A stretch of 64,000 nucleotides of DNA from a virus (lineage: Duplodnaviria; Caudoviricetes). This document shows positions 7,625-14,475 of this stretch, piece by piece. Below the pieces are notes generated by a model that was not told the origin of the DNA, did not search any database, and was given only the letters and a program-made list of their open reading frames with translations. Position 1 is the first letter of the stretch. The number at the start of each line of letters is the position of its first letter. A program made the position numbers and the translations under genes. The stretch spans positions 1,284-65,283 of the IMG/VR virus record IMGVR_UViG_3300005805_009925. The stretch is one strand, 5' to 3'.

Positions 7625-7882
7625 AATAAGGATAATTTCGACATGTCAGGGGTATATGTCGAAGGTGTGATCGTTTTGTTGAGGCTAACAATACGTTCGT
7701 TTCATTATGGCTATTTCGCCATAGTTAGAATAGGGTACTACCATATTGGTGACGCTAACAAAATGGTCGTTCAGTTGTAAAGGATTCCTTAATAACTGGT
7801 GTGTATTTGGAATACGCACTAGTGTGTATTGTGGAGCCTGGATTACGTTATGGGTTCTGCTACGGTTTTTGTGGAGTGTGGG

Positions 7883-8039
7883 GACTACACTAGTTTTCAA
7901 AAATTGGAAATCCGTGTGAGGTGACTAGCCTACTATTAGCCACCCCCTGGGTGTGAGGTGCACCCCCCTCGCGCGTGCGTGCGTGCGCGATCGTGCAGCG
8001 TGCGTGCACGGTTCCATTAGAGCGCAAGGTAGTGTAGTC
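7883..8039. other. GC-rich divergence element, candidate packaging/terminus or origin site
   Basis: 10-bp inverted repeat gactacacta (7883-7892) / tagtgtagtc (8030-8039) enclosing gtgtgaggtg x2, C-runs and GCGT tandem repeats. Confidence 0.45.
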
Positions 8040-8046
8040 TTGTTGG

Positions 8047-8074
8047 CAATACAACCACATCGACCGTTAAAGTG
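8047..8074 (+). repeat. 28-bp early-region motif, copy 1
   Basis: caatacaaccacatcgaccgttaaagtg. Confidence 0.7.
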
Positions 8075-8170
8075 TAGGTTATGTTGGAAAACAATATTAC
8101 CTACAAGCAGACAAGGTTCACTACGCAAAAACGAACCTATACTTTTCCTAAACATTACAAGGGTGTCCCT

Positions 8171-8581
8171 ATGGATACGTTCAACGCAGATTCGCAGATA
8201 CTGTACTGCGAGATATTTGATACACTGGGTGAGATACTTCCGCGAGAATTGGAGGTAGGTAACCAGACTGCCGAGTTTGACGAGTTTCACTGGATTCACG
8301 GGTGGATAGACTATAACTTGAGTGAGTCTGATGTTGTAAATAACTTCGGTATTTACTTTGACGAGTCTGAACCAATAGTTTATCTGTTCTTATCAGACTG
8401 TTTTGGACGCAGACTAGAGTTTAAGTTATGCGCTATTGAACCAGACTACACGACTGGCAACGTCCAATTGCAGACTGCACGCAATATCTGCCAGTTTATC
8501 AAGAACAATGTTCCTGCAATTGTGAATCACTACAACGTGAATCCAGATAGGATACCTACAATTGGCAAGAACGTAGACTGA
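8171..8581 (+). CDS. early hypothetical protein
   Basis: AAGGG RBS before ATG 8171; acidic; ends ...NVD*. Confidence 0.7.
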   Translation: MDTFNADSQILYCEIFDTLGEILPRELEVGNQTAEFDEFHWIHGWIDYNLSESDVVNNFGIYFDESEPIVYLFLSDCFGRRLEFKLCAIEPDYTTGNVQLQTARNICQFIKNNVPAIVNHYNVNPDRIPTIGKNVD

Positions 8582-8589
8582 TAGTATAA

Positions 8590-8635
8590 ATACCTAGCTG
8601 GCGTTTTAGTCTGGGTTCGATTCCCAGATAGGTAT
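8590..8635 (+). ncRNA. anticodon-less tRNA-like element 1
   Basis: ataccta-gctggcgttttag-tctggg-ttcgatt-cccaga-taggtat: 7-bp stem plus 6-bp T-stem with TTCGATT loop. Confidence 0.7.
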
Positions 8636-8663
8636 CAAAACAACCAATTTGACCGTAATAGTA
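8636..8663 (+). repeat. 28-bp early-region motif, copy 2
   Basis: caaaacaaccaatttgaccgtaatagta. Confidence 0.8.
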
Positions 8664-8684
8664 ACAATCACAACGGAGGCGCAT

Positions 8685-9029
8685 ATGCGCGAACCAACAA
8701 ACATACTGTTCGACTGCTTGACTGGTACAATAGGTAGCTTCTTGTACACTGACGTTATCGAAGATATTGTACGTGAAAACAACAAGTTTGACCGTAGCTA
8801 CGGCAATAGGTCAAGGAAGTACAGTGTTGATAGGACGGCAGAAGAATTACGTACCTATTTTCAGGACGAATTGGAACATAACGATATTGACGCGAAGAGT
8901 TTAGCTGACCTGCTATGTTCTTGGGCATTGTATGGTTGCGTAACTCTTGAGGAACGGCAGTCTATTACTTTTGACAACATAGACTGGAACAAGCTGGCAA
9001 AACTGCTGATAACTGAATACGTAGACTGA
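8685..9029 (+). CDS. early hypothetical protein
   Basis: GGAGG RBS, ATG 8685; ends ...YVD*. Confidence 0.7.
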   Translation: MREPTNILFDCLTGTIGSFLYTDVIEDIVRENNKFDRSYGNRSRKYSVDRTAEELRTYFQDELEHNDIDAKSLADLLCSWALYGCVTLEERQSITFDNIDWNKLAKLLITEYVD

Positions 9030-9063
9030 CAACCAATTTTTCACAATTTTCAAGGGCGGAAGT

Positions 9064-9324
9064 ATGAGATTCAAAACTTCGCAGGAATTAGCAGACTGCA
9101 TCGACTATCCTAGCACATACACCAAATACTTCATGAATACAGATGGTGAAGTATGCTGCGGATCTTGTGCGACAAAAAATAAGCAGCAAATTGTCCAGGA
9201 ATTTGAAGAAAATACTGGCTATGTGAATAGTCCTAGGATTCAATATGCAGATTTCAATTTTGAAGATACAAGTCTGTATTGCGACTGGTGCAATGAACGT
9301 ATTGCGCCAGACTATGTAGACTGA
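9064..9324 (+). CDS. early hypothetical protein with two CxxC
   Basis: AAGGGC RBS; CCGSC and CDWC; ends ...YVD*. Confidence 0.7.
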   Translation: MRFKTSQELADCIDYPSTYTKYFMNTDGEVCCGSCATKNKQQIVQEFEENTGYVNSPRIQYADFNFEDTSLYCDWCNERIAPDYVD

Positions 9325-9327
9325 TAG

Positions 9328-9355
9328 CAAAACAACCAGTCTGACAGTATAAGTA
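9328..9355 (+). repeat. 28-bp early-region motif, copy 3
   Basis: caaaacaaccagtctgacagtataagta. Confidence 0.85.
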
Positions 9356-9389
9356 ACAACCAATTTTCACAATTTTCAAGGGCGATAGA

Positions 9390-9755
9390 ATGGACTTCCA
9401 ACATGCACTGCGACTGCTTAACGGTAAGCATAGCAAAACAATAGCACACTGCACGTATTTAGAGACTGGCTGGCACACTGGTACACGTCCAGAACACATG
9501 CACCCAGAGAACCCAGACTTCATCAAGTTATACTACCATAGCACTGCAGTAGTTACGTACTATCCTAATGGCAGCACAAAGATCACGTCTGGGGGATATT
9601 TGACTGCGACAACCAAAAAACGCATCAATAAGTACAGTAACGCAGGTATTCACCAGAAAAACTACGTATGGTACTATCCAGACGGCAGAAAGTTTAGGGA
9701 CGGAGATACACTGACAGCAGACGGCTACATACTATCTATTCCAGATAGGTATTGA
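9390..9755 (+). CDS. conserved early phage protein
   Basis: AAGGGC RBS; SGGYLTATTKKRIN pattern. Confidence 0.7.
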   Translation: MDFQHALRLLNGKHSKTIAHCTYLETGWHTGTRPEHMHPENPDFIKLYYHSTAVVTYYPNGSTKITSGGYLTATTKKRINKYSNAGIHQKNYVWYYPDGRKFRDGDTLTADGYILSIPDRY

Positions 9756-9756
9756 G

Positions 9757-9784
9757 CAGAACAACCAGTCTGGCAGTATAAGTA
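9757..9784 (+). repeat. 28-bp early-region motif, copy 4
   Basis: cagaacaaccagtctggcagtataagta. Confidence 0.85.
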
Positions 9785-9816
9785 ACAACCAACAACCAAT
9801 TTTTAAGGGCAGAACA

Positions 9817-9960
9817 ATGAAGACAATAGCAAGATCTTTTGATAGCATTAAGCAGGCAGACAAATATCAGTTTTGGTTATACGGAAAGTATGATAGCGTC
9901 AAGCTAGTCCAGAGTCCTATGTTTACAGAGCAGGGTATCTACGTCTGGATAGTAGGTTGA
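9817..9960 (+). CDS. 47-aa early protein (not in ORF track)
   Basis: AAGGGCAGAACA-ATG; MKTIARSFDSIKQADKYQFWLYGKYDSVKLVQSPMFTEQGIYVWIVG*. Confidence 0.7.
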   Translation: MKTIARSFDSIKQADKYQFWLYGKYDSVKLVQSPMFTEQGIYVWIVG

Positions 9961-9969
9961 ACCTACACA

Positions 9970-10013
9970 CTACGTGAACGGCAGCCACCAAGGTTCGAGT
10001 CCTTGGCACGTAG
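9970..10013 (+). ncRNA. anticodon-less tRNA-like element 2
   Basis: ctacgtg-aacggcagcca-ccaagg-ttcgagt-ccttgg-cacgtag. Confidence 0.7.
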
Positions 10014-10041
10014 CAAAAGAACCAGTACGACCGTACTGGTA
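10014..10041 (+). repeat. 28-bp early-region motif, copy 5
   Basis: caaaagaaccagtacgaccgtactggta; this copy is also self-complementary (accagtac/gtactggt). Confidence 0.85.
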
Positions 10042-10072
10042 ACGATTCACAACCAATTTCAAGGGCAGAAGT

Positions 10073-10390
10073 ATGAACGCAGATGCAAATATCTTACGCA
10101 AAGTAAGACTGGCAGTAGCTAACAAGCTAACCAAAGACTATACTTGGGACGACAACCAACATACTATGGCAGAAGAGTGCCTAGCTTATGCAGCTGAAAA
10201 GTATGGGCTCAAGTATTGCGATATTCAGTCCGTAGAAATTGACGGAAACTATCGTGAACCTATCTACTACCTCAACACTGGCGATATTTACGACCAGACT
10301 GTATACGTGCACCTATTCGCAGCTATTGCAGGCACGCACAAGATCAAGGTAGGTTCAATAGGTGCAATCCTTGAACGGAGTCTGGCATGA
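10073..10390 (+). CDS. early hypothetical protein
   Basis: AAGGGC RBS; YLNTGDIYDQT pattern. Confidence 0.7.
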   Translation: MNADANILRKVRLAVANKLTKDYTWDDNQHTMAEECLAYAAEKYGLKYCDIQSVEIDGNYREPIYYLNTGDIYDQTVYVHLFAAIAGTHKIKVGSIGAILERSLA

Positions 10391-10455
10391 TCCTATACTT
10401 GGCAGTTTTCGTTATCTGTTTAGCCGTTGTTGCATACGTATGGCGCAACGGCTAG
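10387..10455 (+). CDS. possible 22-aa hydrophobic peptide
   Basis: ATGA overlap; MILYLAVFVICLAVVAYVWRNG*; coincides with a strong hairpin. Confidence 0.35.
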   Translation: MILYLAVFVICLAVVAYVWRNG

Positions 10456-10456
10456 G

Positions 10457-10484
10457 CAAAACAACCAGTACGACCGTAGAAGTA
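10457..10484 (+). repeat. 28-bp early-region motif, copy 6
   Basis: caaaacaaccagtacgaccgtagaagta. Confidence 0.85.
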
Positions 10485-10515
10485 TAACCAACACTAACTT
10501 TTCAAGGGCAGAACA

Positions 10516-10698
10516 ATGGACACATACACGGCAGTCGGTATCGCAGAAGGATTCATAGAGGTAGACAGCGAAGAGCAGGCAATAGCTGCTTGGCAGTACC
10601 TGGTAGACACTGGCATATGCTGGCAGTTACAGGGCAGATTCGGTCGAACGGCTATGGATCTTATTGAAGCAGGCATTATTGACGGTCCCTGCGAATAA
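10516..10698 (+). CDS. conserved small phage protein
   Basis: AAGGGC RBS; AWQYLVDTGICWQLQGRFGRTA pattern. Confidence 0.75.
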   Translation: MDTYTAVGIAEGFIEVDSEEQAIAAWQYLVDTGICWQLQGRFGRTAMDLIEAGIIDGPCE

Positions 10699-10704
10699 CC
10701 ACAC

Positions 10705-10750
10705 AACCTATGCTGGTGCATTGTGGCATGTTCGATTCATGCCATAGGTT
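10705..10750 (+). ncRNA. anticodon-less tRNA-like element 3
   Basis: aacctat-gctggtgcattgt-ggcatg-ttcgatt-catgcc-ataggtt. Confidence 0.7.
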
Positions 10751-10797
10751 CAAGGGCAGATACACTGCCACAATACTAACAATTTAAGGGCTAAACA

Positions 10798-11046
10798 ATG
10801 CGTACAACCTGGACGGAAGAGCAGGCAGAGAACATGCACGACGACTTCCTGCGTGACTGCACTGAATCAGTGGACGGAACAGTGAACATAGCAGGACTGC
10901 GTTACGACGTAGCGCATGCGTTCAAGAGACTGGATCCTATTGCATACAGAGAGTCTTTCTTATGCTGGCTCAGCGATAACTGTATGGACTGGGACGATAA
11001 AGCAGGAGTCTATTACTATGAGAGCTACAATGAAGCACCATACTGA
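10798..11046 (+). CDS. early hypothetical protein
   Basis: AAGGGC RBS; LDPIAYRE pattern; acidic. Confidence 0.7.
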   Translation: MRTTWTEEQAENMHDDFLRDCTESVDGTVNIAGLRYDVAHAFKRLDPIAYRESFLCWLSDNCMDWDDKAGVYYYESYNEAPY

Positions 11047-11049
11047 TAG

Positions 11050-11077
11050 CAAAACAACCAACACGACCGTAGAAGTA
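11050..11077 (+). repeat. 28-bp early-region motif, copy 7
   Basis: caaaacaaccaacacgaccgtagaagta. Confidence 0.85.
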
Positions 11078-11110
11078 TAACTAACATTCACTTTTCTAAA
11101 GGGCAGAACA

Positions 11111-11455
11111 ATGGCATACAACGGATGGACAAACAGCGAAACCTGGACAGTCAACCTATGGTGCGAGCAGGAGATTTACAATATGGCCAAGGATGTATTG
11201 TCAGAAAACTTGGACGACTATGATCTTGATGAAGAGTCTGGTGCTGATGAATACATACGAGACACCAGAGAAACTATCAAGGAATACTTTGAAGACTACG
11301 TAGATAACTCTGGCATTGACGGTGTATTCCGTGATCTTCTGCCACTGCAAAAGATTGACTGGCACGAGCTCGCAGAGCACCACTGCCAAGAATTGTGGGA
11401 AGAAGCAGTCAAAGAACATAACGAGAACAAGGAGGATGACAATGAGCAGGACTAA
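11111..11455 (+). CDS. conserved acidic phage protein (YNGWTN.ETW type)
   Basis: N-terminal YNGWTNSETWTVNLW; strongly acidic. Confidence 0.75.
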   Translation: MAYNGWTNSETWTVNLWCEQEIYNMAKDVLSENLDDYDLDEESGADEYIRDTRETIKEYFEDYVDNSGIDGVFRDLLPLQKIDWHELAEHHCQELWEEAVKEHNENKEDDNEQD

Positions 11456-11687
11456 TTATCTGGTAACAGTTACCGATACGTTCGGTAACGACGTAAACTA
11501 CGGATGGGTACGTAAGTACAACGTGCAGGCAACGACGGAGCTGGCTGCTATTAGACTCGTGTCTAGGCAGCATGGATACAAGGGATTCCGTCGGTCGTAT
11601 GAATCATGGGATCATGTTCGTTATGATCTTCGGTCGTGCAACATTTGTGCATTTGTTGAACCAGTTACAGAAGGGGCAGAAGCGTGA
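11442..11687 (+). CDS. early hypothetical protein
   Basis: AAGGAGG RBS, ATG 11442; VTDTFG..VNYGWVR pattern. Confidence 0.65.
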   Translation: MSRTNYLVTVTDTFGNDVNYGWVRKYNVQATTELAAIRLVSRQHGYKGFRRSYESWDHVRYDLRSCNICAFVEPVTEGAEA

Positions 11688-11917
11688 AAGTATACATGAA
11701 TAATAAGGAACGCACACCAATCTGGTGCGCATCAAACAGTAAGCATACAGCGTTCCTATACTTCGAGCCGTTCAACTGCAACGATCAAACACCAAATTGG
11801 CTATATGAATTTTGCCAGGCATTAAATAAGCAGGCCATATATCCTACTGGCAATAGACGTGAGAACCTTATTGACTGGCAAAACTATTATCTAACAACAG
11901 AAGGGGCACAGGCATGA
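11684..11917 (+). CDS. early hypothetical protein
   Basis: AAGGGGC RBS, GTG start, coupled. Confidence 0.6.
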   Translation: MKVYMNNKERTPIWCASNSKHTAFLYFEPFNCNDQTPNWLYEFCQALNKQAIYPTGNRRENLIDWQNYYLTTEGAQA

Positions 11918-12219
11918 AGCAAACGCAGGCAATCAGTTACAGAAAATACTACTGGGATGCAGACGTAAAAGCGTGGAAGTTGCAGCGCGAATCGCAGAGC
12001 ATGGACGACTGGGACTCATTAGATACGTGGGCTTTCCGAACTATACTTGGCGAGCGTATACAAAAAGAAGTTGAAGAGTTACACTCTGCTAACAGCGTGT
12101 GGAGCATCAACAACCTATGGAAAGAAACAGAATCGGGTGACAGGATTCGTTTTGAAGTGACCCCACGGTCAGCAGTATTAGAAAAACATAACGCAATACA
12201 GGAAGGGGCACAGTCATGA
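11914..12219 (+). CDS. early hypothetical protein
   Basis: AAGGGGC RBS, coupled. Confidence 0.65.
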   Translation: MKQTQAISYRKYYWDADVKAWKLQRESQSMDDWDSLDTWAFRTILGERIQKEVEELHSANSVWSINNLWKETESGDRIRFEVTPRSAVLEKHNAIQEGAQS

Positions 12220-12530
12220 GTAAGCAGACGTTTCATTTCAACATCGAATCAAAGCAGACGATATGGTATACCTATCCAGTAACCGTAACTGCCGAGAGCG
12301 AAGAGCAAGCAAAGAAAATACTGTGTGAGGCTCTAGAAAAGATACAGGAGCTTCCAGATTTGCATACGGACGAGGTAAATGTAGGCTACTTTTGTGAGGA
12401 GGTAGAAGGGTCACGCGAATACATGACACCGCGAGAGAACTACGGTATGCCTACGATAGTGGTCATGGACGATGAAACTTGCGAAGAGATTTACAGTAAC
12501 GAACTAATTTCACTAGAGGAAAGGGAATAG
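12216..12530 (+). CDS. early hypothetical protein
   Basis: AAGGGGC RBS; VTVTAESEEQA pattern. Confidence 0.65.
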   Translation: MSKQTFHFNIESKQTIWYTYPVTVTAESEEQAKKILCEALEKIQELPDLHTDEVNVGYFCEEVEGSREYMTPRENYGMPTIVVMDDETCEEIYSNELISLEERE

Positions 12531-12532
12531 TC

Positions 12533-12712
12533 ATGCTAATAGGCATCGAGTTCAAGCGTACCAAGGTACACATCATCGAAGAAGGTAGGACCGTCTGGTT
12601 CTGGCGCATTGCGCCTTACGTCCGAGGCGTAGACTCTACCAAGGTAGGAGCTGCCGTATTCTTTGTAGTAGCAATGTCAATCATATACCTTATCGGGGAG
12701 AATGTGCGATGA
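12533..12712 (+). CDS. 59-aa protein with C-terminal hydrophobic segment (not in ORF track)
   Basis: MLIGIEFKRTK...GAAVFFVVAMSIIYLIGENVR*; fills the gap exactly. Confidence 0.55.
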   Translation: MLIGIEFKRTKVHIIEEGRTVWFWRIAPYVRGVDSTKVGAAVFFVVAMSIIYLIGENVR

Positions 12713-13029
12713 GTAAAGTACCTGTAATAGCAGCTGGCGAGAAAGACTATATCACACTGGTCTTCCCTACTATTCCTGCCGATGAGTCTGGAAACTACAT
12801 GACCTGTTGGGATAAGTACGCAGGGCATGGATCATCGAGCACTGGCTGGCTCAGCAAACAGCCAATACATACAGACCTAGATGCCAGAGAATTGCTGGCA
12901 CAGTACGTCCATTACTATCATGAAGGTAACGAGAATGAATACGGGCTGGTAGATAACGTCAGCCAGGATTATCACGAACAGCGCAGGGCAGAAGCTGCCA
13001 AGTGGCGCACACTGATTGCGAGTAACTAA
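12709..13029 (+). CDS. early hypothetical protein
   Basis: LVFPTIP...YMTCW...GHG pattern; coupled. Confidence 0.65.
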   Translation: MSKVPVIAAGEKDYITLVFPTIPADESGNYMTCWDKYAGHGSSSTGWLSKQPIHTDLDARELLAQYVHYYHEGNENEYGLVDNVSQDYHEQRRAEAAKWRTLIASN

Positions 13030-13301
13030 TGATTGAGTGGCAAGTAAATATCCTAGAGACTGCGCCAAGTGAATTGGCCAAGAGCATGGTGATTGGCTAC
13101 GTTAATATGCGTGACGTGGCCGAATCACTGAACAGCATCTTCATGTGCGTAAATGCCACGATGTTGGATAGAAAGATTGGCGGAGATCCAGATCTTCCAC
13201 CACCAGAAGACGACATTCCTAGTATGTGGACTGAAGTTATGACTGATGACGAGCTGAAAGATACACGAGAGTGGCTCATCATGCTTGCCAGTTACGAGTA
13301 A
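13029..13301 (+). CDS. hypothetical protein
   Basis: TAATG coupling; 90 aa. Confidence 0.6.
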   Translation: MIEWQVNILETAPSELAKSMVIGYVNMRDVAESLNSIFMCVNATMLDRKIGGDPDLPPPEDDIPSMWTEVMTDDELKDTREWLIMLASYE

Positions 13302-13318
13302 CATACATATCTTTGCAC

Positions 13319-13540
13319 ATGAAACTAAAGCGTTTAAGCTGGGCGGCTAACAGGGCAGACAACCTGATCTGCACGTACAGTGTAGACATCACTGATAACA
13401 AAGACTTCAGAGTCAGTAGCCCTACATTCCAGTGGTATCCTGCCGACATATTCCGTAGCAAGAAGACAGCTATGGAGGCGTGCCAACGTCATTATGAATC
13501 AATGGTTTACAGTCTGTTTGAGGACACCGATGGAGAATGA
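13319..13540 (+). CDS. hypothetical protein
   Basis: start moved to ATG 13319; KKTAMEACQRHY pattern. Confidence 0.55.
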   Translation: MKLKRLSWAANRADNLICTYSVDITDNKDFRVSSPTFQWYPADIFRSKKTAMEACQRHYESMVYSLFEDTDGE

Positions 13541-13745
13541 GAAAGAAGATTTAATCAAAACAGTAAGAGCCGTAGCACACTACGCTATGGACAGGGCTTA
13601 CATTGCAACGATGGAACAGAACAAGTATGCAGTATCGACATGGCATCACGTAGCTTCTACGCTACTGGATCTTGTCGAGCAGGCCGAGAGCTGGGATGAG
13701 GATTCCATACGTCTGATTCAGAGCCACAAGGATAGGATGCCATGA
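13530..13745 (+). CDS. hypothetical protein
   Basis: GAGGA RBS, ATG 13530. Confidence 0.55.
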   Translation: MENEKEDLIKTVRAVAHYAMDRAYIATMEQNKYAVSTWHHVASTLLDLVEQAESWDEDSIRLIQSHKDRMP

Positions 13746-13924
13746 ACAGGGACATAGCTTACTGTGCTGGCAAGAACTGCCCGAAGAAGGCAGAGTGCAA
13801 GCGATACATGGATCAACCTATCGGTGACAAATATATCTCACGGTTCATCACACCACCGTGGGATTCCAAGAAGAAGAAGTGCGAGCATTACATTCCATTA
13901 TATTCACAGGGAGAAAAGGTATGA
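13742..13924 (+). CDS. small Cys-rich phage protein
   Basis: DIAYCAGKNCPKKAECKRY pattern. Confidence 0.7.
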   Translation: MNRDIAYCAGKNCPKKAECKRYMDQPIGDKYISRFITPPWDSKKKKCEHYIPLYSQGEKV

Positions 13925-14400
13925 GGACGATTCTATCACTGGCACTGGGCATGGTGCTGGTCACTGGCGCACTGGCGCAGGAGGTCGATGTTTGCGGTGA
14001 GGTATATGCACCGTGGGGTAGCTCAACTGCCGACGTTATCAGGGCAGGAACCAAGGCGAACCTTAACTTTAAGGAGGTAACCAAGCAGGATGCTCAAGGC
14101 ATTACGCAGGTGACGTTCGTCAACGGATCGATAGCCAGGGTATTTACTATGCTAAAGGGTAGGTATGTTAGTTTCAACCTACTTCACATGGACAAGGATG
14201 AGTACAAGCGCAACAAGTATACGTCGAATCAGATGCTGAACGTCATGTCGCAGGATGCCAAGCTGAATAACGATGCAGGATGGATGATTACGTGCGGAGA
14301 ATCTACGCTGAAAGCAACGATGGAAACCAAGTCAGATCAGGCTTCGTTCTTTCTTATGAGTCTTACTGCAATTAAAGGTGTAGTGCAAAGCGGAGATTAG
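13921..14400 (+). CDS. putative exported protein
   Basis: start 13921 gives signal-peptide-like MRTILSLALGMVLVTGALA-QE. Confidence 0.6.
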   Translation: MRTILSLALGMVLVTGALAQEVDVCGEVYAPWGSSTADVIRAGTKANLNFKEVTKQDAQGITQVTFVNGSIARVFTMLKGRYVSFNLLHMDKDEYKRNKYTSNQMLNVMSQDAKLNNDAGWMITCGESTLKATMETKSDQASFFLMSLTAIKGVVQSGD

Positions 14401-14426
14401 AGTTTGCCTTACACGACCCGTAATTT

Positions 14427-14463
14427 AGGGGTGACTGCATAGCGCGGTCGCCCCTTATTTATT
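14427..14463 (+). terminator. terminator closing the early region
   Basis: aggggtgac/gtcgcccct stem followed by tatttattt. Confidence 0.6.
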
Positions 14464-14475
14464 TCGGAGAATACA

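Noticed and set aside
8590-10750. Canonical tRNA genes or intrinsic terminators
   Set aside because: Only 44-46 nt, with no D-stem, anticodon arm or adjacent CCA, and no U-tract after the stems.
8047-11077. CRISPR array interpretation of the 28-bp repeats
   Set aside because: Intervals are 286-692 bp and contain whole genes, repeats are degenerate, and no cas genes are present.
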